DNA of 57,489 bases, counting the filler, from Porpidia crustulata (lineage: Eukaryota): the NCBI GenBank assembly GCA_964255105.1. It is 5 parts of 5 records of this genome, joined end to end, with 100 filler letters (N's around TTAATTAATTAA, not from the genome) between each part and the next. Parts side by side here need not be neighbours in the genome. Positions count along the whole stretch, not along the records: positions 23,066 to 34,477 come from CAXUWE010000662.1; positions 34,578 to 45,989 come from CAXUWE010000663.1; 3 more parts are not named here. One strand, given 5' to 3'. The position numbers were made by a program, and so were the translations under genes. The notes under the pieces were generated by a model that had not been told where the DNA came from, did not search any database, and saw only the letters and a list, made by a program, of their open reading frames with translations. Shown one piece after another: positions 23,346 through 37,144 of this stretch (positions are counted from its first letter, which is position 1; every line of letters begins with the position of its first letter).

Positions 23346-26300
23346 ATGGCGGAAAGAAATATAGATGCCTTCGCGGCGAAACTGGGGGATCTAAATTTGG
23401 GTACGAGCTTAGCCCAAACCTGCGAGACTTTCTCGTCAAGGGAGATCGTAATCTGTGACACCTGGCTGACAGTCGAGAGCAGACCTCAAGGTGAAATTCA
23501 ACATTGCGACTGAGCTCCGGGACAACATCGACCTGATGTGCAATGGCCCTACTTACTCCGTGTTCCTCAAGAAGCTAGTTCCAATATTCGTGAAGCTCTT
23601 AGAAGGGCCGCCGGTCTTTACAAGTACATCATGGGAGCAAGTACGTTCAGGCTGCTATGATCTCGATCAAGGCGCAACTTGCTAACTCGTAATCTCGCAG
23701 AGACTTCGCAACTGCATCCTCGAAATCTTTCATCGGCTCCCGATGAACCACGCCGAAGTGCTCAAACCTTATGCTGCTAGCATTGTGGATCTTCTGATGG
23801 CGTTGGTCAAGACGGAAAATGAAGATAACGCGGTATTGTGCATGAAGACCATCATGGACCTGGAACGGCATCAGCCAGACGCGACTGCAAGCAAGGTCCA
23901 ACCGTTCTTGGACCTAATCCAGGAAATGTTCCAGATCATGGACCAGGTTGTAAAAGACGTATTCGACAGTCCAGCACAAGGAAGCGGGCCCGGCACTACC
24001 CCGAACAGCGCTCAAATCTTTCAGTCGCCCCGACCAGGCTCCCCGTCAGCTTCAGTGGCCTCGGATCTCGGCATCGACCTACAAACAGCCCGGCCCCTAC
24101 TCAAGGGCATGCAGTCATTTAAAGTCTTTGCAGAGTGTCCGATCATCGTGGTTTCCTTGTTTCAGGCCCATCGAAATTGTGTCCCTTCAAATGTCAAGAA
24201 GTTTGTGCCGTTGATCAAGTCGGTGCTCATGCTCCAAGCTCAACCACAAGCTCGTGCACACTTAGAGGCGGAGAGTAGAGGTGAGATATTTACCGGAGTC
24301 ACTAAGGACATCAAGAATCGGGTCGCATTTGGCGAATTCATCACGGCGCAGGTGAAAATGATGAGCTTTCTCGCTTATCTCCTACGGGTATACTACTCGC
24401 AATTAAATGACTTCTTGCCAAAACTGCCCGATATTGTTGTACGGCTGTTGAGAGACTGCCCGAGTGAGAAGTCTGCTACGAGAAAAGAGTTACTAGTGGC
24501 TATACGGCACACCATCAATTTCAACTTTCGAAAGATCTTCTTGACTAAGATCGATGATCTGCTTGATGACCGGACACTGATTGGGGACGGCCTCACTGTT
24601 TATGAGACCATGCGCCCGCTTGCTTACAGTCTTCTAGCTGATCTTATTCACCACGTTCGCGAGTCACTCAACAGAGACCAGATTCGACGAACGGTGGATG
24701 TCTTTTCAAAGAACCTTCATGATAATTTCCCTGGAACCAGCTTTCAGACCATGAGCGCGAAGCTGCTACTGAACATGGCGGATAGTATAGCAAAGCTGAA
24801 GGATAGAAAAGATGCTCGACACTTCCTGATCATGATACTCAGCGCGATAGGAGACAAATTTGCCGCCATGAATCGTCAATACCGTAACGCGGTGAAGTTG
24901 TCTAAGCTTTATGAGCAGCAGTCCATTGATGCCATCCCCGAAGATCATTTGGCGGATCCGGAAACGCCCCCTGATTGGGACGAAGTTGACATATTCACGG
25001 CCACACCGATCAAGACCTCCAATCCGAGGGACCGTGGAGCTAACCCGGTTGAAGACAACAAATTTCTGTTCAAGAATCTTCTAACAGGTCTGAAAGGCAT
25101 GTTCTACCAGTTGAAAGAATGCAATCCCGAGCCTCCCGCGATGGATCCGGGAAATGCTCCAGCAAACTGGCAAGAAGTGTCGCACGGGTACAACGCTGAA
25201 GAGGTTGAGGTTATCACCCAGCTTTTTCGTGAAGGTGCCTATGTCTTTCGATACTATAGCCTCGATGCCCCTCCCACGGAAACACATTACTCTTCTCCTG
25301 TCGAGTTCCTCGCGAACCATTACATGGTGCAAAGTGGCAAAGAAGAAAAGGATCTTCTTGAGACCTTTGCCACAGTATTTCACAGCATTGATCCCGCGAC
25401 GTTTCATGAAGTTTTTCATTCCGAGATACCCCGCCTGTATGAGATGATGTTTGAACATACAGCTTTGCTTCATATACCGCAATTCTTTCTTGCAAGCGAA
25501 GCCACATCTCCGAGTTTTGCAGGTATGCTGTTGCAGTTCCTCATGGATCGGATAGCCGATGTTGGCACATCAGACATCAAGAAGTCCTCGATCCTACTGA
25601 GGATGTTTAAACTCTCCTTTATGGCCGTAACGCTGTTTTCCCAACAGAACGAGCAGGTTCTCTTACCGCACGTCACCAATATTGTCACCAAGTCTATCCA
25701 GCTATCTACAACCGCCGAAGAACCAATGAACTACTTCTACTTACTACGATCTTTATTTCGAAGCATAGGAGGTGGACGGTTTGAGCTCCTCTACAAGGAG
25801 ATTCTACCCCTATTAGAAATGCTACTCGAGGTACTAAACAACTTGCTAATGGCCGCCCGAAAGCCCCAGGAGCGCGACCTCTACGTTGAACTATGTTTGA
25901 CGGTCCCCGCACGTTTGAGTAATCTGCTACCACATCTAAGTTACCTCATGCGGCCTTTGGTCGTAGCCCTTCGTGCTGGTTCTGATTTGGTTGGTCAAGG
26001 ACTCCGGACGCTAGAACTCTGCGTCGATAACTTGACAGCGGAATATCTGGATCCTATCATGGCACCCGTCATCGATGAACTTATGGCTGCATTATGGGAC
26101 CATCTAAAACCCAACCCATACAGTCACTTCCATGCCCATACCACGATGCGTATCCTCGGCAAATTAGGTGGGCGAAATCGGAAATTTCTCCATGGCCCTC
26201 CAGAGCTCGGCTACCAAAAGTTCGCAGATGATCCGTGCAGTATCGACGTCAAACTCGTCGGATCTAATAAGGAGCGCCCGTTCCCTGCAAATATTGGCAT

Positions 26301-29300
26301 TGATCTCGCGATAGCCAAATTGATCGAGGTACCAAAGGCGCCTGCTCTGAAGAAGGCAGACCCGTACTACAAGCAGCAGGCACTGCGATTGATTACTGCT
26401 CAGCTTAAGATCTATATTGGATTTGACAGTTTACCAGATGATTTCGCACAACTGGTGCGGCTACAGGCGACCGACTTGCTCGAAAGTAAGTATGACGTAA
26501 TATGGGAAGCTCTCCAGATGGCAGATCGGGAAAAGTCGATACCCAAAAAAGATTCGCAAGAAGCCACTCTAAGAAAGCTACTAGAGGCTTGTATGCTTGC
26601 AGCAACGTTTGAAAGAGATTTTCCTGGAGTTGCCGCTGCCGCGTCCAGTCTACTCGCTGATGTATGTCGCCATTTTACCATTTTAGAAATTGGTAGGGCT
26701 GTGGCACATGCGACTCAAAAGGAGAAAGAATTTGACGTCAAGGCCGGAGAAGGTCCAATATACCTAGATAGTCGAATTCTTGCTGAAGCTATTGCTGAAA
26801 ATTTGTCCTCGGATAACGAGGCTCTCCGTTCCATTGCAGGAGGGGCCATCGAAACTATGTATGACTCGTCGGCTACCATTTTTGGGTCGGCAGCTAGTGT
26901 TTCCAAACTGCCCTTCTTCTTACACCTAGCCGATCTGTTTTGTCACAAGTGCCATGAGGAAGAGTGGTATGCTAAAGCTGGTGGCGGCTTAGGAATTCAT
27001 GTATTTGTGACTAGAATTGATCTTGGTCACAACTGGATTGTTGACCGGCAGGTCAAATTCGTTCGAGCTCTCATGTATGTCATGAAAGACATGCCTCAGG
27101 ATCTATCGGCGAATACACGTGTCCGAGCATTGGAAACCGTTGAAATCCTATTGCGGAGATGCAATGAAGGCGTCCCAAGAGAGGATCTAGCTTCAACGAA
27201 CAGCAGACTGTCCAACATATGCGGATTCCTAGTCTACGAATTAGCGCATATGAACAAGCATGTTCGTGATGCTGCGCAGAAGGCCTTTGCAGTGATAGCC
27301 GAAGTGGTCGGTGCTGAAGTGTATGAACTCATAACTCCCGTCAAAGACAGACTTCTTCAGCCGATCTACAACAAACCTCTTAGAGCTTTACCATTTGCGA
27401 CTCAGATTGGTTACATCGAAGCTATATCGTACTGTTTAGGCCTGCAGCGCAACCTGGTAGAATTCAACGACCCCCTCAACAGGTTGTTGATGGAGTCGCT
27501 TGCACTAGCTGATGCAGAAGATGAAGTCCTTGCGACCAAGCCTGCAGAGTATCGAACCGCAGAATCGATCGTCAACTTAAGGGTTTCGTGCATCAAGCTG
27601 TTATCGCTAGCAGTAGGCTTCTCGGAATTTGCGGGGCAACAACAGCAACAAAGCCGAAGTCGGATAATATCTGTATTTTTCAAGTCACTTTATTCAAATT
27701 CATTAGAGGTCATCGACGCTGCTAATGCTGGCCTGAAAGGTGTCCTTTTGCAAACCAACAAGCTACCTAAGGATTTGTTGCAGAACGGTTTGCGGCCAAT
27801 ACTCATGAACCTGCAGGATCCAAAGAAACTAAGCGTTCAGGGACTCGATGGACTTGCCAGACTCTTGGCTCTACTTACTAATTACTTTAAAGTCGAAATA
27901 GGCGAACGCCTTCTGCTCCACATGAGCACCATTGCTGATGGCCCAGCTCTACAGAAATCTTCATTCTCGCTGATAGAACAGAATCCTCAAATGAAAATTG
28001 TAGTGGCTACCTTGAATATCTTCCACTTACTACCTTCCACCGCGGCAAGCTTCATGAAAGACTTGATTAATAGGGTACTAGAGCTTGAGGAGGCGCTTCG
28101 TAGGACTCACTTCAGCCCTTTTCGAGAACCACTTTTAAACTACTTAAACCGGTACCCTAAGGAATGTTGGGCATTCTTCTCGGTAAGACTTTTTGAGATG
28201 AGATACGGACGATTCTTCGCGCAGATGCTTGCCTCTTCACAGAGTGGGCCACTGCGCGAAGTGGTCATTGCAGACATCGAGGGACTGATCAGAGAGTCCC
28301 TTGATCTGCCAGACCCCGTACGGAAAGACGTAGCTTCTGTCAATGCCATACACATTGTGCATTCGCTTTGCGATCATACGAGTGGCTGGCTGCTTAAGAA
28401 CGCGAACTTGCGACAGGCTTTGCTGAGCGTGGGTACGCAGTTGTATCATAAGAAGAACGTGGATCAGCTTGCGGCGGACTTACGGCTTGGAGCCGATCAA
28501 GCTGGGGAGCAGCTGATGCAAATTTTTGTGACATCGCTGAGCCTTGATCCTCAAGATCTCGATTTCCTCTTCCAGATAATTGACGCTATTACTGCTGACG
28601 AGATCAAACTGTACCCGTCCTTGTTGGATTTCATCTACACTCACGTCATCTCCAGTGAATCACACGACTACTGGCGAAGTATCGTCATGCGAAGTCTTGA
28701 CCTCTACAATATTCGTGGCTCTTCACAAAGCACTAAGACTTTTGCATTCCGGAACCTAGTCAACCCGATCCTCGCCATGGACGTTATGCGAAGCTCACAG
28801 CATGCTTCTATCTCGGCCACTGAGCGACGTTTTGTGGATAAGAGCATAGTCGAAGCTATACACAACAAGATCTGGAAGCCTCAGGTTTCCGACATTAACG
28901 ACGATCATGGGCAACCCGGTGTCGATCATTCACGGCTTGAGCTACTTCAGATGTCGGCGTTGCTTCTGAAATACCACCATAATCTGGTCTCTGAAGCCCG
29001 CAAAGATGTTATCAAATTCGGCTGGAGCTACATACGACTCGAGGACACAATCAACAAACATGCGGCATATGTACTCATAGCCTATTTCATTGTGCAGTTC
29101 GAGACTCCCTCTAAAATCGTCAATCAAATTTATGTTGCCTTATTGAAAGCTCATCAAAACGAAGGCCGCGCACTGGTGATACAAGCGTTGGACCTGATAG
29201 CACCTGTGCTTCCTAAGCGACTATCAGGAGCTGGAGATCCGAGATTTCCGATGTGGGCAAAGTGGCCGAAGCGGATCTTATCCGAGGAAAGTTCTAACCT

Positions 29301-32300
29301 GCAGCAATTGATTAGCATTTTTCAATTCATGGTCCGGCATCCCGATTTATTTTACGAAGCCAGGGAGCATTTTGTTCCCCACATCATTCCGTCTTTGTCG
29401 AAGATTGCGCAGCTTCCAAACCCGTCAAACGAGCAGAAGAAGCTGGTATTGGGTCTCATCAAGATGATCCATCTGTGGGAGGAGCATCGCGTGCGTGGTC
29501 CAGAAGGTCAGCCCTCGCAGCCCATAGAATCCCCGCAAGCAAGAAAGCGGCGATTAGACCTTGTTCGAAGCGGTTCTGCTTCGCCGGCATCAAGCTTAGG
29601 GCCTCCTTCGAGCGTTGAAAGAACCGAGTACTGCATTCCCGCACCTCTGCGAACCGTACTCATCAAGTATCTAGCGCAACTCATCAGCACTTTGCCCGAA
29701 CGATATCCGGTTCCTGCACTTAAGCTAAGAGATCTCCACTCAACCACGCCACAGCCAGCACTGCCGCCCAATGAAATGTGCAGGAAAGCGTTGGGTCTTT
29801 TCCATGACTTACTCGCGCCGCATCTCTGGGCTGATCTGGAGGTTGACTTATTTCCAAGAATTAGTGAACAGATTCTTGTTTCTGACAAAGCAGACAAACC
29901 TGACGAGAAGACGGCAACTGGCATTATTAATACGCTCCAGCTGATCCGCGTGATAATGAACTTGAAATCCGACGCTTGGGTCCTATCCCAGCTCGCCCAA
30001 ATCCAGAAGTTACTTGAAAAGCCTCTTCGCTTCGAGAATCCCGAGATCCAAGATTGCCTTCACACGAGCGATGAGGAGCTCGACGGCGGGCGTGGCATTA
30101 GGCCCCTACTGAAGCGTATTCTCGACGCACTTCCAAAAGAAAATCAAGAAGAGGATGAAATGGAAGTCGAAACCCCAGCAACGGAATTTATCAATTTCGT
30201 ATCTGCCGTCGCTCTAGAGACGATGACGGCAGGTAGTCTCATCTCAAGCATCAGCATCTTTTGGACCTTAGCCGCAGTGAAACCGGCTGAGATCGAACAA
30301 CATATCCCTCACGTGATGCGTGCATTGCAACAAAAATTGGCGAAGGATCAAGTCGTACCGCAGGCCGTAGCGGCAGGGGCTATGGCTCAGCAGCAAGGTA
30401 TCAGGCCTGGAGAAGGAGCTGCTGGATTGGATGCAAGAGAAATGGAGATCTCAACTCAACTGACACTTAAAACCATTCACATTATATCGTTACGCATGGC
30501 TACCCTTGGCGACCAGAGGCGACCATTCTTGAGCGTTCTAGCATCGTTAGTAGAACGTTCCCCTAATGTGAAACTCTGTGAGAAGATTCTGGAAATGGTG
30601 GAAACTTGGATCTTTGACTCCAACGAGCCATGGCCCACGCTTAAGGAGAAGACAGCAGTTCTCCACAAGATGCTGCTTTGGGAAATGCGCCCTGACCCTT
30701 CACTCCTACATAAGTTCTTAGACTTGGTTATTCGTATCTATGAGGACCCCAAGATCACGAGGACTGAGCTTACCGTCCGGCTTGAGCACGCCTTCTTGGT
30801 GGGGACACGGGCGCAAGACGTAGAAATGCGCAACCGCTTCATGAATATCTTCGATTATAGTCTAACTAAGACCGCAAATGCTCGTCTTATTTATGTGCTG
30901 ACTTCGCAGAATTGGGATACGCTGTCGGATAGCTTCTGGTTAAGTCAAGCGATCCAACTTGTTTTTGGCGCAATTGATATGGGAACGAATATCCAACTAC
31001 ATGCCGAAGACTTCAAGATGGGACCGCCGATGAAGTTTTTCGGAAAATCTCATGGAGACCCGCGGAAGAATTATATGATGATTGACGACAAATTTGGAGA
31101 CTTTATGTCAAATCATCGACGCTTTTATTTGGAACTTGGAGAAGTCAAGATTCGTGAGATTTTCGAACCCCTCTGTCAGCTGCAGCATACCGACGCAAAT
31201 GTGGCCTATGAAATCTGGGTGGCACTCTTTCCTCTATGCTGGTCATTGTTGCCACGAGACGATCGCGGTGAGCTCGAGAAAGGCATGGTTACTTTACTCA
31301 CAAAAGATTACCATCAACGTCAAATGGACCGAAGGCCTAATGTTGTGCAAGCTTTACTTGAGGGTCAAGTCCGAGCCAAACCCAAATGCAAAATACCCGC
31401 GCATGTCATGAAATTTCTCAGCAGGACATATGATGCCTGGTACACTGCTGCTATTTCGCTTGAGGAAGCGGCCATGGTGCCCGTGATTGATACACCATCA
31501 GTACGTGAGAGCAATCTTGACGCTCTAGTGGAAATATATGCTGGACTACAGGAAGATGACCTATTCTATGGAACATGGCGGCGTCGATGTAAATTTGTCG
31601 AGACAAATGCGGCTCTGTCGTACGAACAGAATGGGATATGGGACACTGCTCAAAAGCTATACGAGGCTGCCCAGATCAAGGCTCGAACGGGAGCAATACC
31701 TTTCTCGCAAGGTGAGTACATGCTTTGGGAGGACCATTGGGTTCTGTGTGCACAGAAGCTACAGCAGTGGGATATTTTAAACGAATTCGCCAAACATGAA
31801 AATTTCAATGATCTCTTACTAGACTCTGCGTGGAGAAACATTGAAGCGTGGTCCGGTCAAGAAACCCTTGAACAGCTCAATTCCATCATCAAATCTGTGT
31901 CCGACGCGCCAACACCACGAAGAACCTTCTTTAAAGCTTTCATGTCATTGCTGAAGTTTCACGACAAGCAAGAAACTCTACAAGAATTCAGCAGCATCTG
32001 TGATGAGTCGATTCAGCTTTCCATAAGAAAATGGCACCAGCTTCCAAAGCGTATCACCAATGCTCACATTCCAATTCTACAAAACTTTCAACAGCTGGTG
32101 GAACTTCACGACGCAAACGTAATATGTACCAGCCTCTCTCAAACGAATCAGACCAATCTCGATCAGAAGTCTCAAGAGCTGAAGCTTCTGCTAGGGACTT
32201 GGCGAGATCGGTTACCGAATGTGTGGGACGATATTAATGCATGGCAAGATTTGGTCATGTGGCGACAGCACATCTTCGCGCTTATTAATCGAACATATCT

Positions 32301-34477
32301 TAGTCTCCTACCGCCCCAACAGAACAACGCCACTGGAAATTCGTATGCTTATAGAGGCTATCACGAGACTGCTTGGATCATCAACCGTTTCGCTCATGTG
32401 GCCAGGAAGCACGGACTACCAGAGGTTTGCATACTCCAGCTAGGTCGGATTTACACTCTACCGAACATTGAGATACAAGAAGCCTTTTTGAAATTGCGGG
32501 AGCAAGCCAAGTGCCATTACCAAAATCCCAATGAGCTGAGTAATGGCTTAGATGTTATTAATAATACGAACCTCAATTACTTTGGTCAGCAGCAGAAGGC
32601 CGAATTCTTCACTTTGAAAGGGATGTTTCTAGCTAAGCTGGGACATAAGGATGAGGCAAATGATGCATTTGGTACTGCATTATACTATGATATCCGTTTA
32701 CCAAAGGCCTGGGCGGAGTGGGGTTACTACAATGACAGGATGTTCAAAGAAGAGCCTGATAATATGGAACGGGCTTCTGCTGCTGTAAGCTGCTATTTAG
32801 AAGCTGCAGGTCTTTTCAAAAACACCAAGTCAAGAAAGCTACTAAGTCGTGTCTTGTGGCTGCTAAGTGTGGACACCGCAGAAAACCGAATATCAGCGGC
32901 ATTTGAGGACTTCAAAGGAGAGACGCCTGTGTGGTACTGGATCACGTTTATACCGCAACTGCTGACTAGTCTTTCACACCGTGAAGCCAAATTATCTCGT
33001 GCTGTTCTTGTCAAAATTGCAAAGATCTACCCTCAGTCTTTGTACTTCCTTCTAAGAACCAATCGCGAAGACATGTTAGCTATCAAGAAGCAGCAAGATC
33101 AGAAGCAAGAGAAGCTCAATCGTCAAAAGCAGCAATCACCCAATGTCAAGCAAGGTTCTCCGGAAAATAACCAGGGTACGCCAAATACTCAGCTTAACAG
33201 CCATTCAAGACCTAGTACAGCCAGTGGTGAGAATCTACCCAATGGTGGTGCTAGTGGAACCCAAGGTGCAGCAAAGATGGAGCCGAACGGCGAAGGTCCT
33301 GCCGGCGCAGATCAGGAGGCGGAGCAACCTCAACCGAAGAGGCCTTGGGAGTACTCGGAAGAAATCATGTCGGTACTCAAAACGACTTTCCCCTTGCTTG
33401 CATTATCCATGGAGACGATGGTCGACCAAATACAGAAGCACTTTAAATGCCCACCGGATGAAGACGCGTATAGGTTGATTGTGGCCTTACTCAATGACGG
33501 TTTCTCGTACATTGGTCGCACACCAATCGCTTACGCACAGGACTTCAAATTACCTCCAGCTACTGAGGCAAATATCAGAAAGTTTGCTGAGACAATACTG
33601 CCCCCCCACATTCGGGGCTCATTCGAAGAAGACTTTGTCGCAAAGAAGCCGACCATGTACGAATACGTCCAAAAACTACGGAAGTGGCGGGATAAATTTG
33701 AAGAGAAATTGGATCGCAGACCCCAATACCAGAGTCTAGAAACCTACAGCCCTCATTTAAGTGAATTTAGGTTCCAGAAATTCGACGAGGTCGAGGTACC
33801 TGGGCAATACTTGCAACACCGCGATAAGAATCAGGACTTTGTTAGAATAGAGAGATTTTTGCCTAATGTTGACCTTGTACGGACTGTTGGTTTCTCGCAT
33901 CGGCGTTTGAAGATTCGAGGGCATGATGGTAGTGTTCATCCTTTTGCAATACAACATCCTGCTGCAAGACATTGCCGAAGGGAGGAAAGAATCCTACAAC
34001 TATTCCGCATTTTCAACGGCGTCTTGGCGAAGAGAAAGGAAAGTCGACGGCGAAACCTCAACTTCTATCTCCCTCTGATGGTCCCGTTGGCGCCTTCACT
34101 TCGGTTGGTACAGGACGACGCTTCTTATGTTTCTCTTCAAGGAGTATTTGAGGACCACTGCAGACGTAATGGTGCAAACAAAGATGACCCGGTGTTATTC
34201 ACCATGGACAAGATGAGGGCCTTGACCGAGCACCGCAGCAACGTGAGTCAACCGGATCTTAAAATCAAGCCTCGGACTAACAATAGCCCTCAGAAATTCC
34301 CAGACCAAACCCTCAAACTCGAAACCTTTACCGCGATTCAAGAAAAATTCGTTCCCTCCACCATCGCCCTGCACTACTTTCAAGCAACCTACCCCTCCTA
34401 CGCCGACTTCTTCCTCTTCCGCCGCCAATTCTCCTACCAGCTTGCCGCCCTCACCTTCATGACCTACACTATGCACA
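23346..34477 (+). CDS. TRA1: Transcription-associated protein 1 (Tra1/TRRAP, SAGA/NuA4 subunit); 3' truncated within the PIKK domain
   Basis: Exons 23346-23400, 23483-23640, 23701-34242 and 34294 to contig end. ~3600 aa of HEAT repeats, FAT domain ([29 protein letters not shown]) and pseudokinase start ([18 protein letters not shown]). Confidence 0.97.
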
Positions 34478-34577
34478 NNNNNNNNNNNNNNNNNNNNNNN
34501 NNNNNNNNNNNNNNNNNNNNNTTAATTAATTAANNNNNNNNNNNNNNNNNNNNNNNNNNNNNNNNNNNNNNNNNNNN
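34478..34577. other. Artificial contig linker N44-TTAATTAATTAA-N44
   Basis: Same 100-nt spacer. Confidence 0.98.
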
Positions 34578-35509
34578 GGAAAGTAGGAGGATTGACGGGA
34601 GAGGGTGAGGAGGGAGGAGGTTGAAATGGGTTTGGTGGTGGATGGATCAATAATGGAGAGGATGCCTAGGCCGTAAGAAAGAAAGAGGGCTTCCTCAAGG
34701 GTCAATTGAAGGTGTTCCTGATTTTTTATAGTAATGGTTTCGAGGGGTCTTTCTTCTGGAGGTTTCGATTTCTCCTCTGGATTAGGCTTTTGTTGTGTCG
34801 AAAGCTGTATACTGGCCTGAGTAGGATCAATGTTTTCCTTGTTTGAATCGGCATCGACATCAGTATTTATAGTTTGTGCGGGATCCGATGTAGCTTGGAG
34901 CACTAAAGCTGGATTAATACTGCCATTCTGAAGATCCTGCCCTAACCTATTCGTTGTTTCCCGCAATACACTTGAATCCTTCTGCTGCCGTTGGCTCCTT
35001 TCCTCCGTCAGCTTCTCTTCAATGGCTTCCCTCTCCTTCCGCGCTCTCTCCTTTTTAAATTCTTTTCTCTCTCCTCGCCTTTTCACTGTCATCTCTTCAC
35101 TGGTTTCGCTAGCAACGACACCAAGGCGCCTCTTTTCTCGATCCAGCCAGCTTGGTTCGCTTCGGCTCAAATTTCCCTTGCCGAAAAACCCCCTTTCCCA
35201 TAACATACGTATGGCGGCTTCATCCGTGACATGGACAGAGCGAGTTTCGTGGGAGTAGTGACTTTGGTAGAGGATATCTGGGTGAGATGAAGGCGGAAGC
35301 ACAAACTGCCGGATATAGGTCAATGCAATTTGGAGGATGGATAGTGGGTTGTGAGGTATCAGTGGTGGAAGCGGACAGACGTTGACTGGCAGCGGCAGGG
35401 CGTGGAGCCTGTTGTAATTAGGTCGAGAGGGCCTAGGTGTCTGGCTTTTCTGGGAATTTGCTGGTCTTTTTGCTGGATGTATGGCGTTTATTCCGGCAGT
35501 GGAGGCCAT
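34578..35509 (-). CDS. SEN2: tRNA-splicing endonuclease subunit Sen2, N-terminal part (truncated by contig end)
   Basis: LWERGFFGKGNLSRSEPSW, TSEEMT.KRR.ER..FK.ERA and EHLQLTLEEALFLSYGLG are Sen2-type motifs. Confidence 0.9.
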
Positions 35510-35998
35510 TATGTAAGGCTCGAATGAGGTATTCTCGACGCTCTGCACTCTTTTAAATGCTTAGCTGGAATTTCAAGAGATGTTGTCTACTACAGTAAAC
35601 TTCCATTATTGCTCAGATACCGTTGTAGTCTTCTCAAAGAGAAAAATGCGCCGGCAGAGAAGTACGACATAAAGTCAAAGTCATGCTTCTAGGCTGCGAT
35701 TTGGTGTCATCACCGCAGGAAAATAGATAAACAACATGAAGATAAATCAACTCACATTTTCACCTCGCGAACGCAATTTCCATCCCTCTGTACGTTGAGC
35801 ATCTTTAAATTGTGAGTCAGCTCATGGTGGGTTGAAGTGCGAAAAAAGCTGCGGCGAAATCCTCGCCTAAATCCAAAACTCCGCTCCATCCTTGAACAAC
35901 TTCACTCGAATGCAACTTACCAGCCGACCAAGCAACAACCAACACAGCGTGCGCCCTTCTAGCCACTATCCCACCCGAACACCTAGCAGCCGTCCAGC

Positions 35999-36337
35999 AT
36001 GCATCTCATGTACACCCTCTCCCCCACCGGCCAGCGCCTCTACACTCTTCAAAAAGTTCAAAGCGGCGAAGTCACCAAATCCGCGCACCCCGCCCGATTT
36101 TCGCCAGATGACAAGTATTCCCGGTACGTATCCTTCCCTCGCGCGCCCAGCTGCGTCTTGCTTTGCATGGTCAAGCGGGGCTAAGTGTTGCATTCGAGAG
36201 AAATAGGCATAGGGTGACGCTGAAGAAAAGGTATGGGTTGCTACTAACGCAGATAAGTGAGTATTCTATGTTCTGAAGATGGATGCCTGTGACGTTGATA
36301 CATGGAGACAGAGGATGAGAAGGTGTTGGGGCAGTAG
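35999..36337 (+). CDS. NOP10: H/ACA snoRNP subunit Nop10, 3 exons (35999-36123, 36207-36256, 36312-36337)
   Basis: [44 protein letters not shown] with canonical GT-AG introns. Confidence 0.95.
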
Positions 36338-37144
36338 GGGAGGGTGAAAATGGGCATAATTTGGCGAGAATTGGCTGCTATTCGTCTTCACGTCGAATAC
36401 TTGAAGCCGTTGGATTGACCATTACGACTTTCACGTTGGCGTGGGCTCGCCACAGAAGCTGCGGGAGGATGTGATGACGACAGGAGAAATCTTGAGACCT
36501 GGTATCTGAAGAGAGATTTCTTGAAGAGGGAGAGTGGAGAGCCACGGTTGACTGCAAATCGAGGAGAGGAGTTGGTGAACCCAGAACAATATCATAAAAA
36601 ATACCCGCTGCTCAGAGCATGGAATATTATTTACATTAATAATAGTATTCCGATCAGACCTGCTCCCTCTCTTGATTCTCTTAATCCTGCTTAACATTCG
36701 ACTCTAGCTTGTGTTCCTAGAACACTGCCAATTTTCCGTGATGCGCTCGTCGCTCAGCCACTTCATACATAAGCCTCATACTGATCCATTCAAACCCAAG
36801 GAGTTTCCTCGTGAGACAACAAGTATCGTCAACTAAATGCGGACAAGAAGGCTGCGATTGATTTTAATGAGCAAACCTGAGTTGGTCGAACATAGCCCAT
36901 GAATGGTCTACTAAATGAACAGTACTTAGAGGACCCAGGACTCAGACAGCTGATGCTAAGTAGAACCTAAGTCTATCACGTAGCTAATGTAGCGTTCCCC
37001 TGTCAGCTACGCTTAGAATCCAGAGTCTATTAAGTTTGCATCTTAATACCAGGTAACACGACGCCAAGCTCCACAAGTCGGCGACTACTTGCAGTACCTG
37101 AAAATCTGTGTAGTATTGGTGATGGATACAGATACAGACAGGCT

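Noticed and set aside
22694..23346. Tag1-like gene and TRA1 as a divergent pair
   Set aside because: Separated by an artificial linker; adjacency unsupported.
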